In this document: one piece after another, positions 12,240 to 26,500 of the stretch
Layout: every line of letters starts with the position of its first letter
Numbering within the stretch: position 1 is the stretch's first letter
DNA from: Octopus sinensis
Lineage: Eukaryota
Direction: 5' to 3'
DNA: 64,000 nt
Assembly (NCBI RefSeq): GCF_006345805.1
Contig: NC_042997.1
Location: 41,726,001-41,790,000, forward strand
Translations under genes and position numbers: made by a program
Notes under the pieces: model-generated
Database searches by the model: none
The model's input: the letters and a program-made list of their open reading frames with translations, nothing else
Told to the model about the DNA's origin: nothing

Positions 12240-12785
12240 GTGTCCGTATGGCTCACGATATCCACAACTGGACTGAATCCCGGGACAGCATCAAGGTCAC
12301 TGCATCACAGCCTTGCCACTGAACTGCATAATGTCGAGGTGTGTAACCAGTGTTTTTTTGCTGTGTCTCAGGGACACTTTGGAATGATGCAGAGGTTGAT
12401 AGCTAGGGATGCAGACATAAATTCTGTGCCTCAGGGTCATCTCGAAATAACACACAGATTAATAGCTAGGGATGCAGACACAAATTCTGTGTACAAAGAA
12501 GGCAACAATTGTTTGTACCTGGCTGCAAAGAAGGGGTTCCATTCTCAGGTGGAATACATAACCATGTTAGATCAATACTGCAAAGAGCTAAAACTCAGAA
12601 AAGGACAAAGGCTCTCTGATGTAGTGGTAGCTAGTTATCTAGTCCAGCAGACAGCCAATTTTGACTTTAAAAACAAAGGAGACATAACTCCATTGGACCT
12701 CCTTAAAAATGCGAAGTCCAAAGAAAAATCAAAGACATTATTTCCACCACAAATACTATGTAGGTTGTGTGAAGTTAATACATGA
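12240..12785 (+). pseudogene. Intronless ankyrin-repeat ORF B (181 aa, GTG start), MIB2-like family fragment
   Basis: AVSQGH..LIARDADIN, GNNCLYLAAKK, KNKGDITPLDL ankyrin motifs; followed by RING remnant (LCRLC), KEVQTV-type repeats and death domain with stops. Confidence 0.75.
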
Positions 12786-13780
12786 AATTCCATCCCAGGG
12801 GTCATGTTCAAAAAGTAAATCATAGCAAGTTCAGATTCCAAACACTGAAGAAAAGGAAGTCCAAACAGTGGCAGAGTAAGTTGAGACTACAAAGATTGAA
12901 GAGAAGAAAGTCCAAATGGTGACAGCAATATGTGTGTGTGTGTGTGTGTGTGTATGGAGAAGGTCCTCACGACATCACAGACAGTTGAATGTGCAAAGGT
13001 CGGGGACAAGAAAGTACAGACCGATTGACAGCCATTACAGGCTACATCCCAGTAAGTTGATACCTAAAACCTGGAAGTGAAGGATCTCCTGAAGGTGTCA
13101 CTTCAGTTAGGAAGTAATTGGTAGCAAGTTGGAATTTTCTTGGGAATTAAAACTATTGACCTGCAAATTATCAAGCATAACAATCCTTTGAACATTGTAA
13201 AATAGATCTACCAAATGCTGTTCAAATGGTTTCAAAGTAGTAATCTAGAAAAACGGCCACACAAATCACGGAAAGAGGCTTTTAAAGAAAGTGAGTGCTT
13301 AACAGCACTTAAATATCTATCACTAGACAAAGAAGGGAGATGTGTGTAAATATTGCTGTTCTTTAGTCGCAAGTCTAACTTCACTAAACAGTGACCCATG
13401 ATTAAATTCCTTCAACCAGAAACATCCTGTCTTTTCCTAAATGTAAACAATCCAGAACCACATTGCCCAATATATTCTTTAAGGTGGTAAGGTATGAATT
13501 GAAAAGGATTTAGCAATTAAATCTTGCAGATCTCTACCGTATATTGACACCTTTAATAGTTTGGCTCCCTTATTTGGGAATAACCTTTGAACTAAAGAAC
13601 TTTGAAATGTTCAAAAAACAAAAAGAATATTGTTTTCCAACATTACCCCTCAGCAGACTGAAAGTCGATAGTATAACAAACGAGTATAAAGCAAATGTCC
13701 CAGAAAAACCCGTGTTAACAAGAACTAAATGTTCATACAAGGGCAAGAAAAAAAGATAATCAAATGAAGTAGGAACAAAC

Positions 13781-13861
13781 ATGGCAAAAACTTACTGTGA
13801 CACTTGCAATGAGAAGCCATCTCATCGTATAACATGCTTCAAGTTACAGCAATCCAAGTAA
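13781..13861 (+). mobile_element. piggyBac-like C-terminal cysteine-rich domain remnant (units 1-6; clearest in units 2, 4, 6)
   Basis: MAKTYCDTCNEKPSHRITCFKLQQSK* resembles the TYC..C..KP.LC..CF...H tail of PGBD4-like transposases; followed ~300 bp later by a ccatatatgg palindrome and gtgg-TTAA (10565/10566 in unit 1). Confidence 0.5.
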
Positions 13862-15816
13862 TCAGGGAAAAAAATAGGCTAACGATGTCTGTTGCTAATT
13901 TGCTGAAGGAAACGTTTATTCTATAACATTTTGGGATCTATATTTGTTGATTTGTCTTTTCTTATTATTGATCAGTTTTGATAATGAATCAGGAATATGT
14001 TATAAATTTGCCAAATCTAGTTATTGTCCTTCATTTCTAAAACATAAATCATACAGAGTTCATTAGAATATCAGTTTTTAAAAATTTATACTGTGTACCA
14101 ATAGTGGTACATGATGCATAATGGGGCAGTTACCAATGTACCATATATGGCACACGATGTGGTTAAATTGTTAAGAGAACACATGATCAAGCAATGCTTC
14201 AATTGGACCTATGCACAGTAACCAAGTGGCCAGATGAGTGTCCGTATGGCTCACGATATCCACAACCGGGACAGCATCAAGGTCACTGTATCACAGCCTT
14301 GCCACTGAACTGCATGATGTGGATATTCAGAAAAAGAAAAAGGACACCATTGCTTGAAGCCGTTTCCCGGGGTCACCTAGGAATGAAACAAGCTAATAGC
14401 CCTGGGTGCAGACATAAATGCTGTTGATGGTGATGGTAAAAGCTGTTTTCACCTTGCTGTGAAAAGAAAAGTTTTTAATTCCGAGGATGCATCCATGGAT
14501 TTACTAAACGGAGTAAGTTTTTAAATTGTTTGCGTATATATGTGTGTGTGTGAGTGTGTGCGTGTGGCTGTGTGATTTTGCCCTCCCCCACCAAAGGAAA
14601 AGGAAGTCGTCACGGAGCCCCAAAAGAAAGGGAAGCAACTGAAGAGGAGGAGATCCAGCAAGAGTGGGAAGAAGGGAGAAAAAAAAGGGAAAAGAAAGAA
14701 AAAAGAAAACAGTACGAAACCCAACCCACCCACGCCCTCTGAGTCCCATCCTTCTCCTGCAAACAGCGATTCCACCCACTCCCCGCCTACAAGAAAAACT
14801 AAAACAAGTGCAGACACACAGAACGAACAAAGCCCCAAGTCCTATTTTTTATGTGTTGTGAAGGAAAAGGACACGCAGAACTCGAAAAGGTTGGTACATA
14901 AAGACTTATGGCGCGAACATGAAGATGGTAGTTACGCGGTTTTGGAATATGAACTTATGGAGATATTGGTGAGGAAGTGTGAGGAAGAAGGTATAAAGTG
15001 GATGACAGCGCCAATGCAGGATGAAATAATAGAGATGTATGAAAGGGAAACAAAGGGTGTGATAAGAAAGGACGGAATTGTAATTGGAAATGGGTGATAA
15101 AGGACAGGTAAGTGATGCTGGCGGATGGTGCCGTTAGCATCGCTTTTCATATTATCATTTTTTCATTTAATTATTCATTGGTCATAATTTTAATTATAAT
15201 GTTCTTTGTCCCCAATGTTTTGTAATGTCCCCTCTTCGTCGCCCCTTGTGGGTGATAAAGAAATAGTGTGTGTGTGAATTTGTGTATTTGTGAGTCTTTG
15301 TGTGAGTGTGAGAGAGAGACAGACAAACTTTGCTTGTCATGTATCAATTATCCCCTATCAACTCCATCCTCCATTACCATTCCGTGATCCAGTCTCCCTT
15401 TATGACCCTAGTGATATTATGTAACAAACAATATTCCATCTCCTTTCACTCTCAAAGATGTCGTCTCACCACGGTCGAGAGGGGACCCATCTCGGTTGTT
15501 GGCCATATAAACACAGCCATCACAATGTGACGGAGAAGTGGCCTATTTAATACATGAGATATTATTCTCAATTAACAATGATGCAGGATAGAAGAGATGT
15601 CAGCTTTATAGTGCTGGTGCCATGGTAAATACATCCAGTCCATTCTATGAAGAATTCTGAGTGAAACTGCTCTCTATCCTACTTCTTGTACATGACATGA
15701 ATCCACTGACTTCTTGTGGATATGTCATAAGAATGTTGTGGTTAAGGTGTTAAGAGAACACATGATAAAGTGATGCTTCAATTGGACCTATGCACAGTAA
15801 CCAAGTGGCCAGATGA

Positions 15817-16362
15817 GTGTCCGTATGGCTCACGATATCCACAACTGGACTGAATCCCGGGACAGCATCAAGGTCACTGCATCACAGCCTTGCCACTGAA
15901 CTGCATAATGTCGAGGTGTGTAACCAGTGTTTTTTTGCTGTGTCTCAGGGACACTTTGGAATGATGCAGAGGTTGATAGCTAGGGATGCAGACATAAATT
16001 CTGTGCCTCAGGGTCATCTCGAAATAACACACAGATTAATAGCTAGGGATGCAGACACAAATTCTGTGTACAAAGAAGGCAACAATTGTTTGTACCTGGC
16101 TGCAAAGAAGGGGTTCCATTCTCAGGTGGAATACATAACCATGTTAGATCAATACTGCAAAGAGCTAAAACTCAGAAAAGGACAAAGGCTCTCTGATGTA
16201 GTGGTAGCTAGTTATCTAGTCCAGCAGACAGCCAATTTTGACTTTAAAAACAAAGGAGACATAACTCCATTGGACCTCCTTAAAAATGCGAAGTCCAAAG
16301 AAAAATCAAAGACATTATTTCCACCACAAATACTATGTAGGTTGTGTGAAGTTAATACATGA
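15817..16362 (+). pseudogene. Ankyrin ORF B, copy 2
   Basis: Translation identical to 12240-12785. Confidence 0.75.
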
Positions 16363-19300
16363 AATTCCATCCCAGGGGTCATGTTCAAAAAGTAAATCAT
16401 AGCAAGTTCAGATTCCAAACACTGAAGAAAAGGAAGTCCAAACAGTGGCAGAGTAAGTTGAGACTACAAAGATTGAAGAGAAGAAAGTCCAAATGGTGAC
16501 AGCAATATGTGTGTGTGTGTGTGTGTATGGAGAAGGTCCTCACGACATCACAGACAGTTGAATGTGCAAAGGTCGGGGACAAGAAAGTACAGACCGATTG
16601 ACAGCCATTACAGGCTACATCCCAGTAAGTTGATACCTAAAACCTGGAAGTGAAGGATCTCCTGAAGGTGTCACTTCAGTTAGGAAGTAATTGGTAGCAA
16701 GTTGGAATTTTCTTGGGAATTAAAACTATTGACCTGCAAATTATCAAGCATAACAATCCTTTGAACATTGTAAAATAGATCTACCAAATGCTGTTCAAAT
16801 GGTTTCAAAGTAGTAATCTAGAAAAACGGCCACACAAATCACGGAAAGAGGCTTTTAAAGAAAGTGAGTGCTTAACAGCACTTAAATATCTATCACTAGA
16901 CAAAGAAGGGAGATGTGTGTAAATATTGTTGTTCTTTAGTCCCAAGTCTAACTTCACAAAACAGTGACCCATGATTAAATTCCTTCAACCAGAAACATCC
17001 TGTCTTTTCCTAAATGTAAACAATCCAGAACCACATTGCCCAATATATTCTTTAAGGTGGTAAGGTATGAATTGAAAAGGATTTAGCAATTAAATCTTGC
17101 AGATCTCTACCGTATATTGACACCTTTAATAGTTTGGCTCCCTTATTTGGGAATAACCTTTGAACTAAAGAACTTTGAAATGTTCAAAAAACAAAAAGAA
17201 TATTGTTTTCCAACATTACCCCTCAGCAGACTGAAAGTCGATAGTATAACAAACGAGTATAAAGCAAATGTCCCAGAAAAACCCGTGTTAACAAGAACTA
17301 AATGTTCATACAAGGGCAAGAAAAAAAGATAATCAAATGAAGTAGGAACAAACATGGCAAATGAGAAGCCATCTCATCGTATAACATGCTTCAAGTTACA
17401 GCAATCCAAGTAATCAGGGAAAAAAATAGGCTAACGATGTCTGTTGCTAATTTGCTGAAGGAAAAGTTTATTCTATAACATTTTGGGATCTATATTTGTT
17501 GATTTGTCTTTTCTTATTATTGATCAGTTTTGATAATGAATCAGGAATATGTTATAAATTTGCCAAATCTAGTTATTGTCCTTCATTTCTAAAACATAAA
17601 TCATACAGAGTTCATTAGAATATCAGTTTTTAAAAATTTATACTGTGTACCAATAGTGGTACATGATGCATAATGGGGCAGTTACAAATGTACCATATAT
17701 GGCGCACGACGTGGTTAAATTGTTAAGAGAACACATGATCAAGCGATGCTTCAATTGGACCTATGCACAGTAACCAAGTGGCCAGATGAGTGTCCGTATG
17801 GCTCACGATATCCACAACCGGGACAGCATCAAGGTCACTGTATCACAGCCTTGCCACTGAACTGCATGATGTGGATATTCAGAAAAAAAAAAAGGACACC
17901 ATTGCTTGAAGCCGTTTCCCAGGGTCACCTAGGAATGAAACAAGCTAATAGCCCTGGGTGCAGACATAAATGCTGTTGATGGTGATGGTAAAAGCTGTTT
18001 TCACCTTGCTGTGAAAAGAAAAGTTTTTAATTCCGAGGGTGCATCCATGGATTTACTAAACGGAGTAAGTTTTTAAATTGTTTGCGTATATATGTGTGTG
18101 TGTGAGTGTGTGCGTGTGGCTGTGTGATTTTGCCCTCCCCCACCAAAGGAAAAGGAAGTCGTCACGGAGCCCCAAAAGAAAGGGAAGCAACTGAAGAGGA
18201 GGAGATCCAGCAAGAGTGGGAAGAAGGGAGAAAAAAAAGGGAAAAGAAAGAAAAAAGAAAACAGTACGAAACCCCAACCCACCCACGCCCTCTGAGTCCC
18301 ATCCTTCTCCTGCAAACAGCGTCCCACCCACTCCCTGCCTACAAGAAAAACTAAAACAAGTGCAGACACACAGAACGAACAAAGCCCCAAGTCCTATTTT
18401 TTATGTGTTGTGAAGGAAAAGGACACGCAGAACTCGAAAAGGTTGGTACATAAAGACTTATGGCGCGAACATGAAGATGGTAGTTACGCGGTTTTGGAAT
18501 ATGAACTTATGGAGATATTGGTGAGGAAGTGTGAGGAAGAAGGTATAAAGTGGATGACAGCGCCAATGCAGGATGAAATAATAGAGATGTATGAAAGGGA
18601 AACAAAGGGTGTGATAAGAAAGGACGGAATTGTAATTGGAAATGGGTGATAAAGGACAGGTAAGTGATGCTGGCAGATGGGGCCGTTAGCATCGCTTTTC
18701 ATATTATCATTTTTTCATTTAATTATTCATTGGTCATAATTTTAATTATAATGTTCTTTGTCCCCAATGTTTTGTAATGTCCCCTCTTCGTCGCCCCTTG
18801 TGGGTGATAAAGAAATAGTGTGTGTGTGAATTTGTGTATTTGTGAGTCTTTGTGTGAGTGTGAGAGAGAGACAGACAAACTTTGCTTGTCATGTATCAAT
18901 TATCCCCTATCAACTCCATCCTCCATTACCATTCCGTGATCCAGTCTCCCTTTATGACCCTAGTGATATTATGTAACAAACAATATTCCATCTCCTTTCA
19001 CTCTCAAAGATGTCGTCTCACCACGGTCGAGAGGGGACCCATCTCGGTTGTTGGCCATATAAACACAGCCATCACAATGTGACGGAGAAGTGGCCTATTT
19101 AATACATGAGATATTATTCTCAATTAACAATGATGCAGGATAGAAGAGATGTCAGCTTTATAGTGCTGGTGCCATGGTAAATACATCCAGTCCATTCTAT
19201 GAAGAATTCTGAGTGAAACTGCTCTCTATCCTACTTCTTGTACATGACATGAATCCACTGACTTCTTGTGGATATGTCATAAGAATGTTGTGGTTAAGGT

Positions 19301-19368
19301 GTTAAGAGAACACATGATAAAGTGATGCTTCAATTGGACCTATGCACAGTAACCAAGTGGCCAGATGA

Positions 19369-19914
19369 GTGTCCGTATGGCTCACGATATCCACAACTGG
19401 ACTGAATCCCGGGACAGCATCAAGGTCACTGCATCACAGCCTTGCCACTGAACTGCATAATGTCGAGGTGTGTAACCAGTGTTTTTTTGCTGTGTCTCAG
19501 GGACACTTTGGAATGATGCAGAGGTTGATAGCTAGGGATGCAGACATAAATTCTGTGCCTCAGGGTCATCTCGAAATAACACACAGATTAATAGCTAGGG
19601 ATGCAGACACAAATTCTGTGTACAAAGAAGGCAACAATTGTTTGTACCTGGCTGCAAAGAAGGGGTTCCATTCTCAGGTGGAATACATAACCATGTTAGA
19701 TCAATACTGCAAAGAGCTAAAACTCAGAAAAGGACAAAGGCTCTCTGATGTAGTGGTAGCTAGTTATCTAGTCCAGCAGACAGCCAATTTTGACTTTAAA
19801 AACAAAGGAGACATAACTCCATTGGACCTCCTTAAAAATGCGAAGTCCAAAGAAAAATCAAAGACATTATTTCCACCACAAATACTATGTAGGTTGTGTG
19901 AAGTTAATACATGA
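19369..19914 (+). pseudogene. Ankyrin ORF B, copy 3
   Basis: Translation identical to 12240-12785. Confidence 0.75.
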
Positions 19915-22900
19915 AATTCCATCCCAGGGGTCATGTTCAAAAAGTAAATCATAGCAAGTTCAGATTCCAAACACTGAAGAAAAGGAAGTCCAAACAGTGG
20001 CAGAGTAAGTTGAGACTACAAAGATTGAAGAGAAGAAAGTCCAAATGGTGACAGCAATATGTGTGTGTGTGTGTATGGAGAAGGTCCTCACGACATCACA
20101 GACAGTTGAATGTGCAAAGGTCGGGGACAAGAAAGTACAGACCGATTGACAGCCATTACAGGCTACATCCCAGTAAGTTGATACCTAAAACCTGGAAGTG
20201 AAGGATCTCCTGAAGGTGTCACTTCAGTTAGGAAGTAATTGGTAGCAAGTTGGAATTTTCTTGGGAATTAAAACTATTGACCTGCAAATTATCAAGCATA
20301 ACAATCCTTTGAACATTGTAAAATAGATCTACCAAATGCTGTTCAAATGGTTTCAAAGTAGTAATCTAGAAAAACGGCCACACAAATCACGGAAAGAGGC
20401 TTTTAAAGAAAGTGAGTGCTTAACAGCACTTAAATATCTATCACTAGACAAAGAAGGGAGATGTGTGTAAATGTTGTTGCTCTTTAGTCCCAGGCCTAAC
20501 TTCACTAAACAGTGACCCATGATTAAATTCCTTCAACCAGAAACATCCTGTCTTTTCCTAAATGTAAACAATCCAGAACCACATTGCCCAATATATTCTT
20601 TAAGGTGGTAAGGTATGAATTGAAAAGGATTTAGCAATTAAATCTTGCAGATCTCTACCGTATATTGACACCTTTAATAGTTTGGCTCCCTTATTTGGGA
20701 ATAACCTTTGAACTAAAGAACTTTGAAATGTTCAAAAAACAAAAAGAATATTGTTTTCCAACATTACCCCTCAGCAGACTGAAAGTCGATAGTATAACAA
20801 ATGAGTATAAAGCAAATGTCCCAGAAAAAGCCGTGTTAACAAGAACTAAATGTTCATACAAGGGCAAGAAAAAAAGCTAATCAAATGAAGTAGGAACAAA
20901 CATGGCAAACACTTACTGTGACACTTGCAATGAGAAGCCATCTCATCGTATAACATGCTTCAAGTTACAGCAATCCAAGTAATCAGGGAAAAAAATAGGC
21001 TAACGATTTCTGTTGGTAATTTGCTGAAGGAAAAGTTTATTCTATAACATTTTGGGATCTATATTTGTTGATTTGTCTTTTCTTATTATTGATCAGTTTT
21101 GATAATGAATCAGGAATATGTTATAAATTTGCCAAATCTAGTTATTGTCCTTCATTTCTAAAACATAAATCATACAGAGTTCATTAGAATATCAGTTTTT
21201 AAAAATTTATACTGTGTACCAATAGTGGTACATGATGCATAATGGGGCAGTTACCAATGTACCATATATGGCGCACGATGTGGTTAAATTGTTAAGAGAA
21301 CACATGATCAAGCGATGCTTCAATTGGACCTATGCACAGTAACCAAGTGGCCAGATGAGTGTCCGTATGGCTCACGATATCCACAACCGGGACAGCATCA
21401 AGGTCACTGCATCACAGCCTTGCCACTGAACTGCATGATGTGGATATTCAGAAAAAAAAAAAAGACACCATTGCTTGAAGCCGTTTCCCACGGTCACCTA
21501 GGAATGAAACAAGCTAATAGCCCTGGGTGCAGACATAAATGCTGTTGATGGTGATGGTAAAAGCTGTTTTCACCTTGCTGTGAAAAGAAAAGTTTTTAAT
21601 TCCGAGGGTGCATCCATGGATTTACTAAACGGAGTAAGTTTTTAAATTGTTTGCGTATATATGTGTGTGTGTGAGTGTGTGCGTGTGGCTGTGTGATTTT
21701 GCCCTCCCCCACCAAAGGAAAAGGAAGTTGTCACGGAGCCCCAAAAGAAAGGAAGAACCAGACAGAAAGGGCAGCAACTGAAGAGGAGGAGATCCAGCAA
21801 GAGTGGGAAGAAGGGAAAAAAAAAAGGGAAAAGAAAGAAAAAAGAAAACAGTACGAAACCCCAACCCACCCACGCCCTCTGAGTCCCATCCTTCTCCTGC
21901 AAACAGCGATTCCACCCACTCCCCGCCTACAAGAAAAACTAAAACAAGTGCAGACACACAGAACGAACAAAGCCCCAAGTCCTATTTTTTATGTGTTGTG
22001 AAGGAAAAGGACACGCAGAACTCGAAAAGGTTGGTACATAAAGACTTATGGCACGAACATGAAGATGGTAGTTACGCGGTTTTGGAATATGAACTTATGG
22101 AGATATCGGTGAGGAACAGTGAGGAAGAGGGTATAAAGTGGATGACAGCGCCAATGCAGGATGAAATGATAGAGATGTATGAAAGGGAAACAAAGGGTGT
22201 GATAAGAAAGGACGGAATTGTAATTGGAAATGGGTGATAAAGGACAGGTAAGTGATGCTGGTGGATGGGGCCGTTAGCATCGCTTTTCATATTATCATTT
22301 TTTCATTTAATTATTCATTGGTCATAATTTTAATTATAATGTTCTTTGTCCCCAATGTTTTGTAATGTCCCCTCTTCGTCGCCCCTTGTGGGTGATAAAG
22401 AAATAGTGTGTGTGTGAATTTGTGTATTTGTGAGTCTTTGTGTGAGTGTGAGAGAGAGACAGACAAACTTTGCTTGTCATGTATCAATTATCCCCTATCA
22501 ACTCCATCCTCCATTACCATTCCGTGATCCAGTCTCCCTTTATGACCCGAGTGATATTATGTAACAAACAATATTCCATCTCCTTTCACTCTCAAAGATG
22601 TCGTCTCACCACGGTCGAGAGGGGACCCATCTCGGTTGTTGGCCATATAAACACAGCCATCACAATGTGACGGAGAAGTGGCCTATTTAATACATGAGAT
22701 ATTATTCTCAATTAACAATGATGCAGGATAGAAGAGATGTCAGCTTTATAGTGCTGGTGCCATGGTAAATACATCCAGTCCATTCTATGAAGAATTCTGA
22801 GTGAAACTGCTCTCTATCCTACTTCTTGTACATGACATGAATCCACTGACTTCTTGTGGATATGTCATAAGAATGTTGTGGTTAAGGTGTTAAGAGAACA

Positions 22901-22956
22901 CATGATAAAGTGATGCTTCAATTGGACCTATGCACAGTAACCAAGTGGCCAGATGA

Positions 22957-23502
22957 GTGTCCGTATGGCTCACGATATCCACAACTGGACTGAATCCCGG
23001 GACAGCATCAAGGTCACTGCATCACAGCCTTGCCACTGAACTGCATAATGTCGAGGTGTGTAACCAGTGTTTTTTTGCTGTGTCTCAGGGACACTTTGGA
23101 ATGATGCAGAGGTTGATAGCTAGGGATGCAGACATAAATTCTGTGCCTCAGGGTCATCTCGAAATAACACACAGATTAATAGCTAGGGATGCAGACACAA
23201 ATTCTGTGTACAAAGAAGGCAACAATTGTTTGTACCTGGCTGCAAAGAAGGGGTTCCATTCTCAGGTGGAATACATAACCATGTTAGATGAATACTGCAA
23301 AGAGCTAAAACTCAGAAAAGGACAAAGGCTCTCTGATGTAGTGGTAGCTAGTTATCTAGTCCAGCAGACAGCCAATTTTGACTTTAAAAACAAAGGAGAC
23401 ATAACTCCATTGGACCTCCTTAAAAATGCGAAGTCCAAAGAAAAATCAAAGACATTATTTCCACCACAAATACTATGTAGGTTGTGTGAAGTTAATACAT
23501 GA
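22957..23502 (+). pseudogene. Ankyrin ORF B, copy 4
   Basis: One substitution (LDQ to LDE) relative to 12240-12785. Confidence 0.75.
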
Positions 23503-26500
23503 AATTCCATCCCAGGGGTCATGTTCAAAAAGTAAATCATAGCAAGTTCAGATTCCAAACACTGAAGAAAAGGAAGTCCAAACAGTGGCAGAGTAAGTTG
23601 AGACTACAAAGATTGAAGAGAAGAAAGTCCAAATGGTGACAGCAATATGTGTGTGTGTGTGTATGGAGAAGGTCCTCACGACATCACAGACAGTTGAATG
23701 TGCAAAGGTCGGGGACAAGAAAGTACAGACCGATTGACAGCCATTACAGGCTACATCCCAGTAAGTTGATACCTAAAACCTGGAAGTGAAGGATCTCCTG
23801 AAGGTGTCACTTCAGTTAGGAAGTAATTGGTAGCAAGTTGGAATTTTCTTGGGAATTAAAACTATTGACCTGCAAATTATCAAGCATAACAATCCTTTGA
23901 ACATTGTAAAATAGATCTACCAAATGCTGTTCAAATGGTTTCAAAGTAGTAATCTAGAAAAACGGCCACACAAATCACGGAAAGAGGCTTTTAAAGAAAG
24001 TGAGTGCTTAACAGCACTTAAATATCTATCACTAGACAAAGAAGGGAGATGTGTGTAAATATTGCTGTTCTTTAGTCGCAAGTCTAACTTCACTAAACAG
24101 TGACCCATGATTAAATTCCTTCAACCAGAAACATCCTGTCTTTTCCTAAATGTAAACAATCCAGAACCACATTGCCCAATATATTCTTTAAGGTGGTAAG
24201 GTATGAATTGAAAAGGATTTAGCAATTAAATCTTGCAGATCTCTACCGTATATTGACACCTTTAATAGTTTGGCTCCCTTATTTGGGAATAACCTTTGAA
24301 CTAAAGAACTTTGAAATGTTCAAAAAACAAAAAGAATATTGTTTTCCAACATTACCCCTCAGCAGACTGAAAGTCGATAGTATAACAAACGAGTATAAAG
24401 CAAATGTCCCAGAAAAACCCGTGTTAACAAGAACTAAATGTTCATACAAGGGCAAGAAAAAAAGATAATCAAATGAAGTAGGAACAAACATGGCAAATGA
24501 GAAGCCATCTCATCGTATAACATGCTTCAAGTTACAGCAATCCAAGTAATCAGGGAAAAAAATAGGCTAACGATGTCTGTTGCTAATTTGCTGAAGGAAA
24601 AGTTTATTCTATAACATTTTGGGATCTAATATCAGTTTTTAAAAATTTATACTGTGTACCAATAGTGGTACATGATGCATAATGGGGCAGTTACCAATGT
24701 ACCATATATGGCGCACGATGTGGTTAAATTGTTAAGAGAACACATGATCAAGCAATGCTTCAATTGGACCTATGCACAGTAACCAAGTGGCCAGATGAGT
24801 GTCCGTATGGCTCATGATATCCACAACCGGACTGAATCCCGGGACAGCATCAAGGTCACTGCATCACAGCCTTGCCACTGAACTGCATAATGTGGAGGTG
24901 TGTAACCAGTGTTTTTTTGCTGTCTCAGGGACACTTTGGAATGATGCAGAGGTTGATAGCTAGGGATGCAGACATAAATTCTGTGCCTCAGGGCCATCTC
25001 GGAATAACACACAGATTAATAGCTAGAGATGCTATTAATAGCTGGTGGACACTAACCACCTCAACAGTTTTATGAACCTCTTATTGATTATAGCAACATC
25101 AAAAGTATACTTTAGAAATTTTAATTCTTCTTTACTAGTCTTGATCTTTTAATCATGTGTTCACTCGTGTTCAGCTCCCCTAAAACTTACTATAGTTAGG
25201 AAGAAAGGTAGATTAAGCTGAAACGATCTATTTAGGACATCTTTATCCTGTCTAGAACACATTCTCATAGCAACATCTAGAGGATCTTACGAAGGTTGAA
25301 TTTACGGACAAACATCAAATGTACATGATCAATTTGATCAAGTATACAGTAGAAGACAATAATAACACATTGATATCCATCCTGATTTTCATGTAAATTT
25401 TCATTTTCTATTTTTACTTCCACATAGAATTAAGTAAAATTGGATATTAAGAACAAAAAGAAAAGGAGACCATTGCATGAAGCCGTTTCCCGGGGTCACC
25501 TCGGAATGACACACAAGCTAATAGCCCTGGGTGTAAGCATAAATACTGTTGAATGTGATGGTAACAGCTGTTTTCACCTTGCCGTGACAAGAAAAGTGTT
25601 TAATTCCGAGGGTGCATCCATGGATTTACTAAACAAAGTTTTTAAATTGTTTGCGTATATATATGTGTGTGAGTGTGTGTGCGTGTGTGTGATTTTGTGT
25701 ATTTGTGAGTCTTTGTGTGAGTGTGAGAGAGACAGACAGACAGACAGACAAACTTTGCTTGTCATGTATCAATTCTCCCCTATCAACTCCATCCTCCATT
25801 ACCATTCCGTGATCCAGTCTCCCTTTATGACCCGAGTGATATTATGTAACAAACAATATTCCATCTCCTTTCACTCTCAAAGATGTCGTCTCACCACGGT
25901 CGAGAGGGGACCCATCTCGGTTGTTGGCCATATAAACACAGCCATCACAATGTGACGGAGAAGTGGCCTATTTAATAGAGGAGATATTATTCTCAATTAA
26001 CAATGATGCAGGATAGAAGAGATGTCTGAGCTTTACAGTGCTGGTGCCATGGTAAATACATCCAGTCCATTCTATGAAGAATTCTGAGTGAAACTACTCT
26101 CTATCCTACTTCTTGTACACGACATGAATCCACTGACTTCTTGTGGACATGTCATAAGAATGTTGTGGTTAAGGTGTTAAGAGAACACATGATAAAGTGA
26201 TGCTTCAATTGGACCTATGCACAGTAACAAAGTGGCCAGATGAGTGTCCGTATGGCTCACGATATCCACAACTGGACTGAATCCCGGGACAGCATCAAGG
26301 TCACTGCATCACAGCCTTGCAACTGAACTGCATAATGTCGAGGTGTGTAACCAGTGTTTTTTGCTATGTCTCAGGGACACTTTGGAATGATGCAGAGGTT
26401 GATAGCTAGGGATGCAGACATAAATTCTGTGCCTCAGGGTCATCTCGAAATAACACACAGATTAATAGCTAGGGATGCAGACACAAATTCTGTAAACAAA

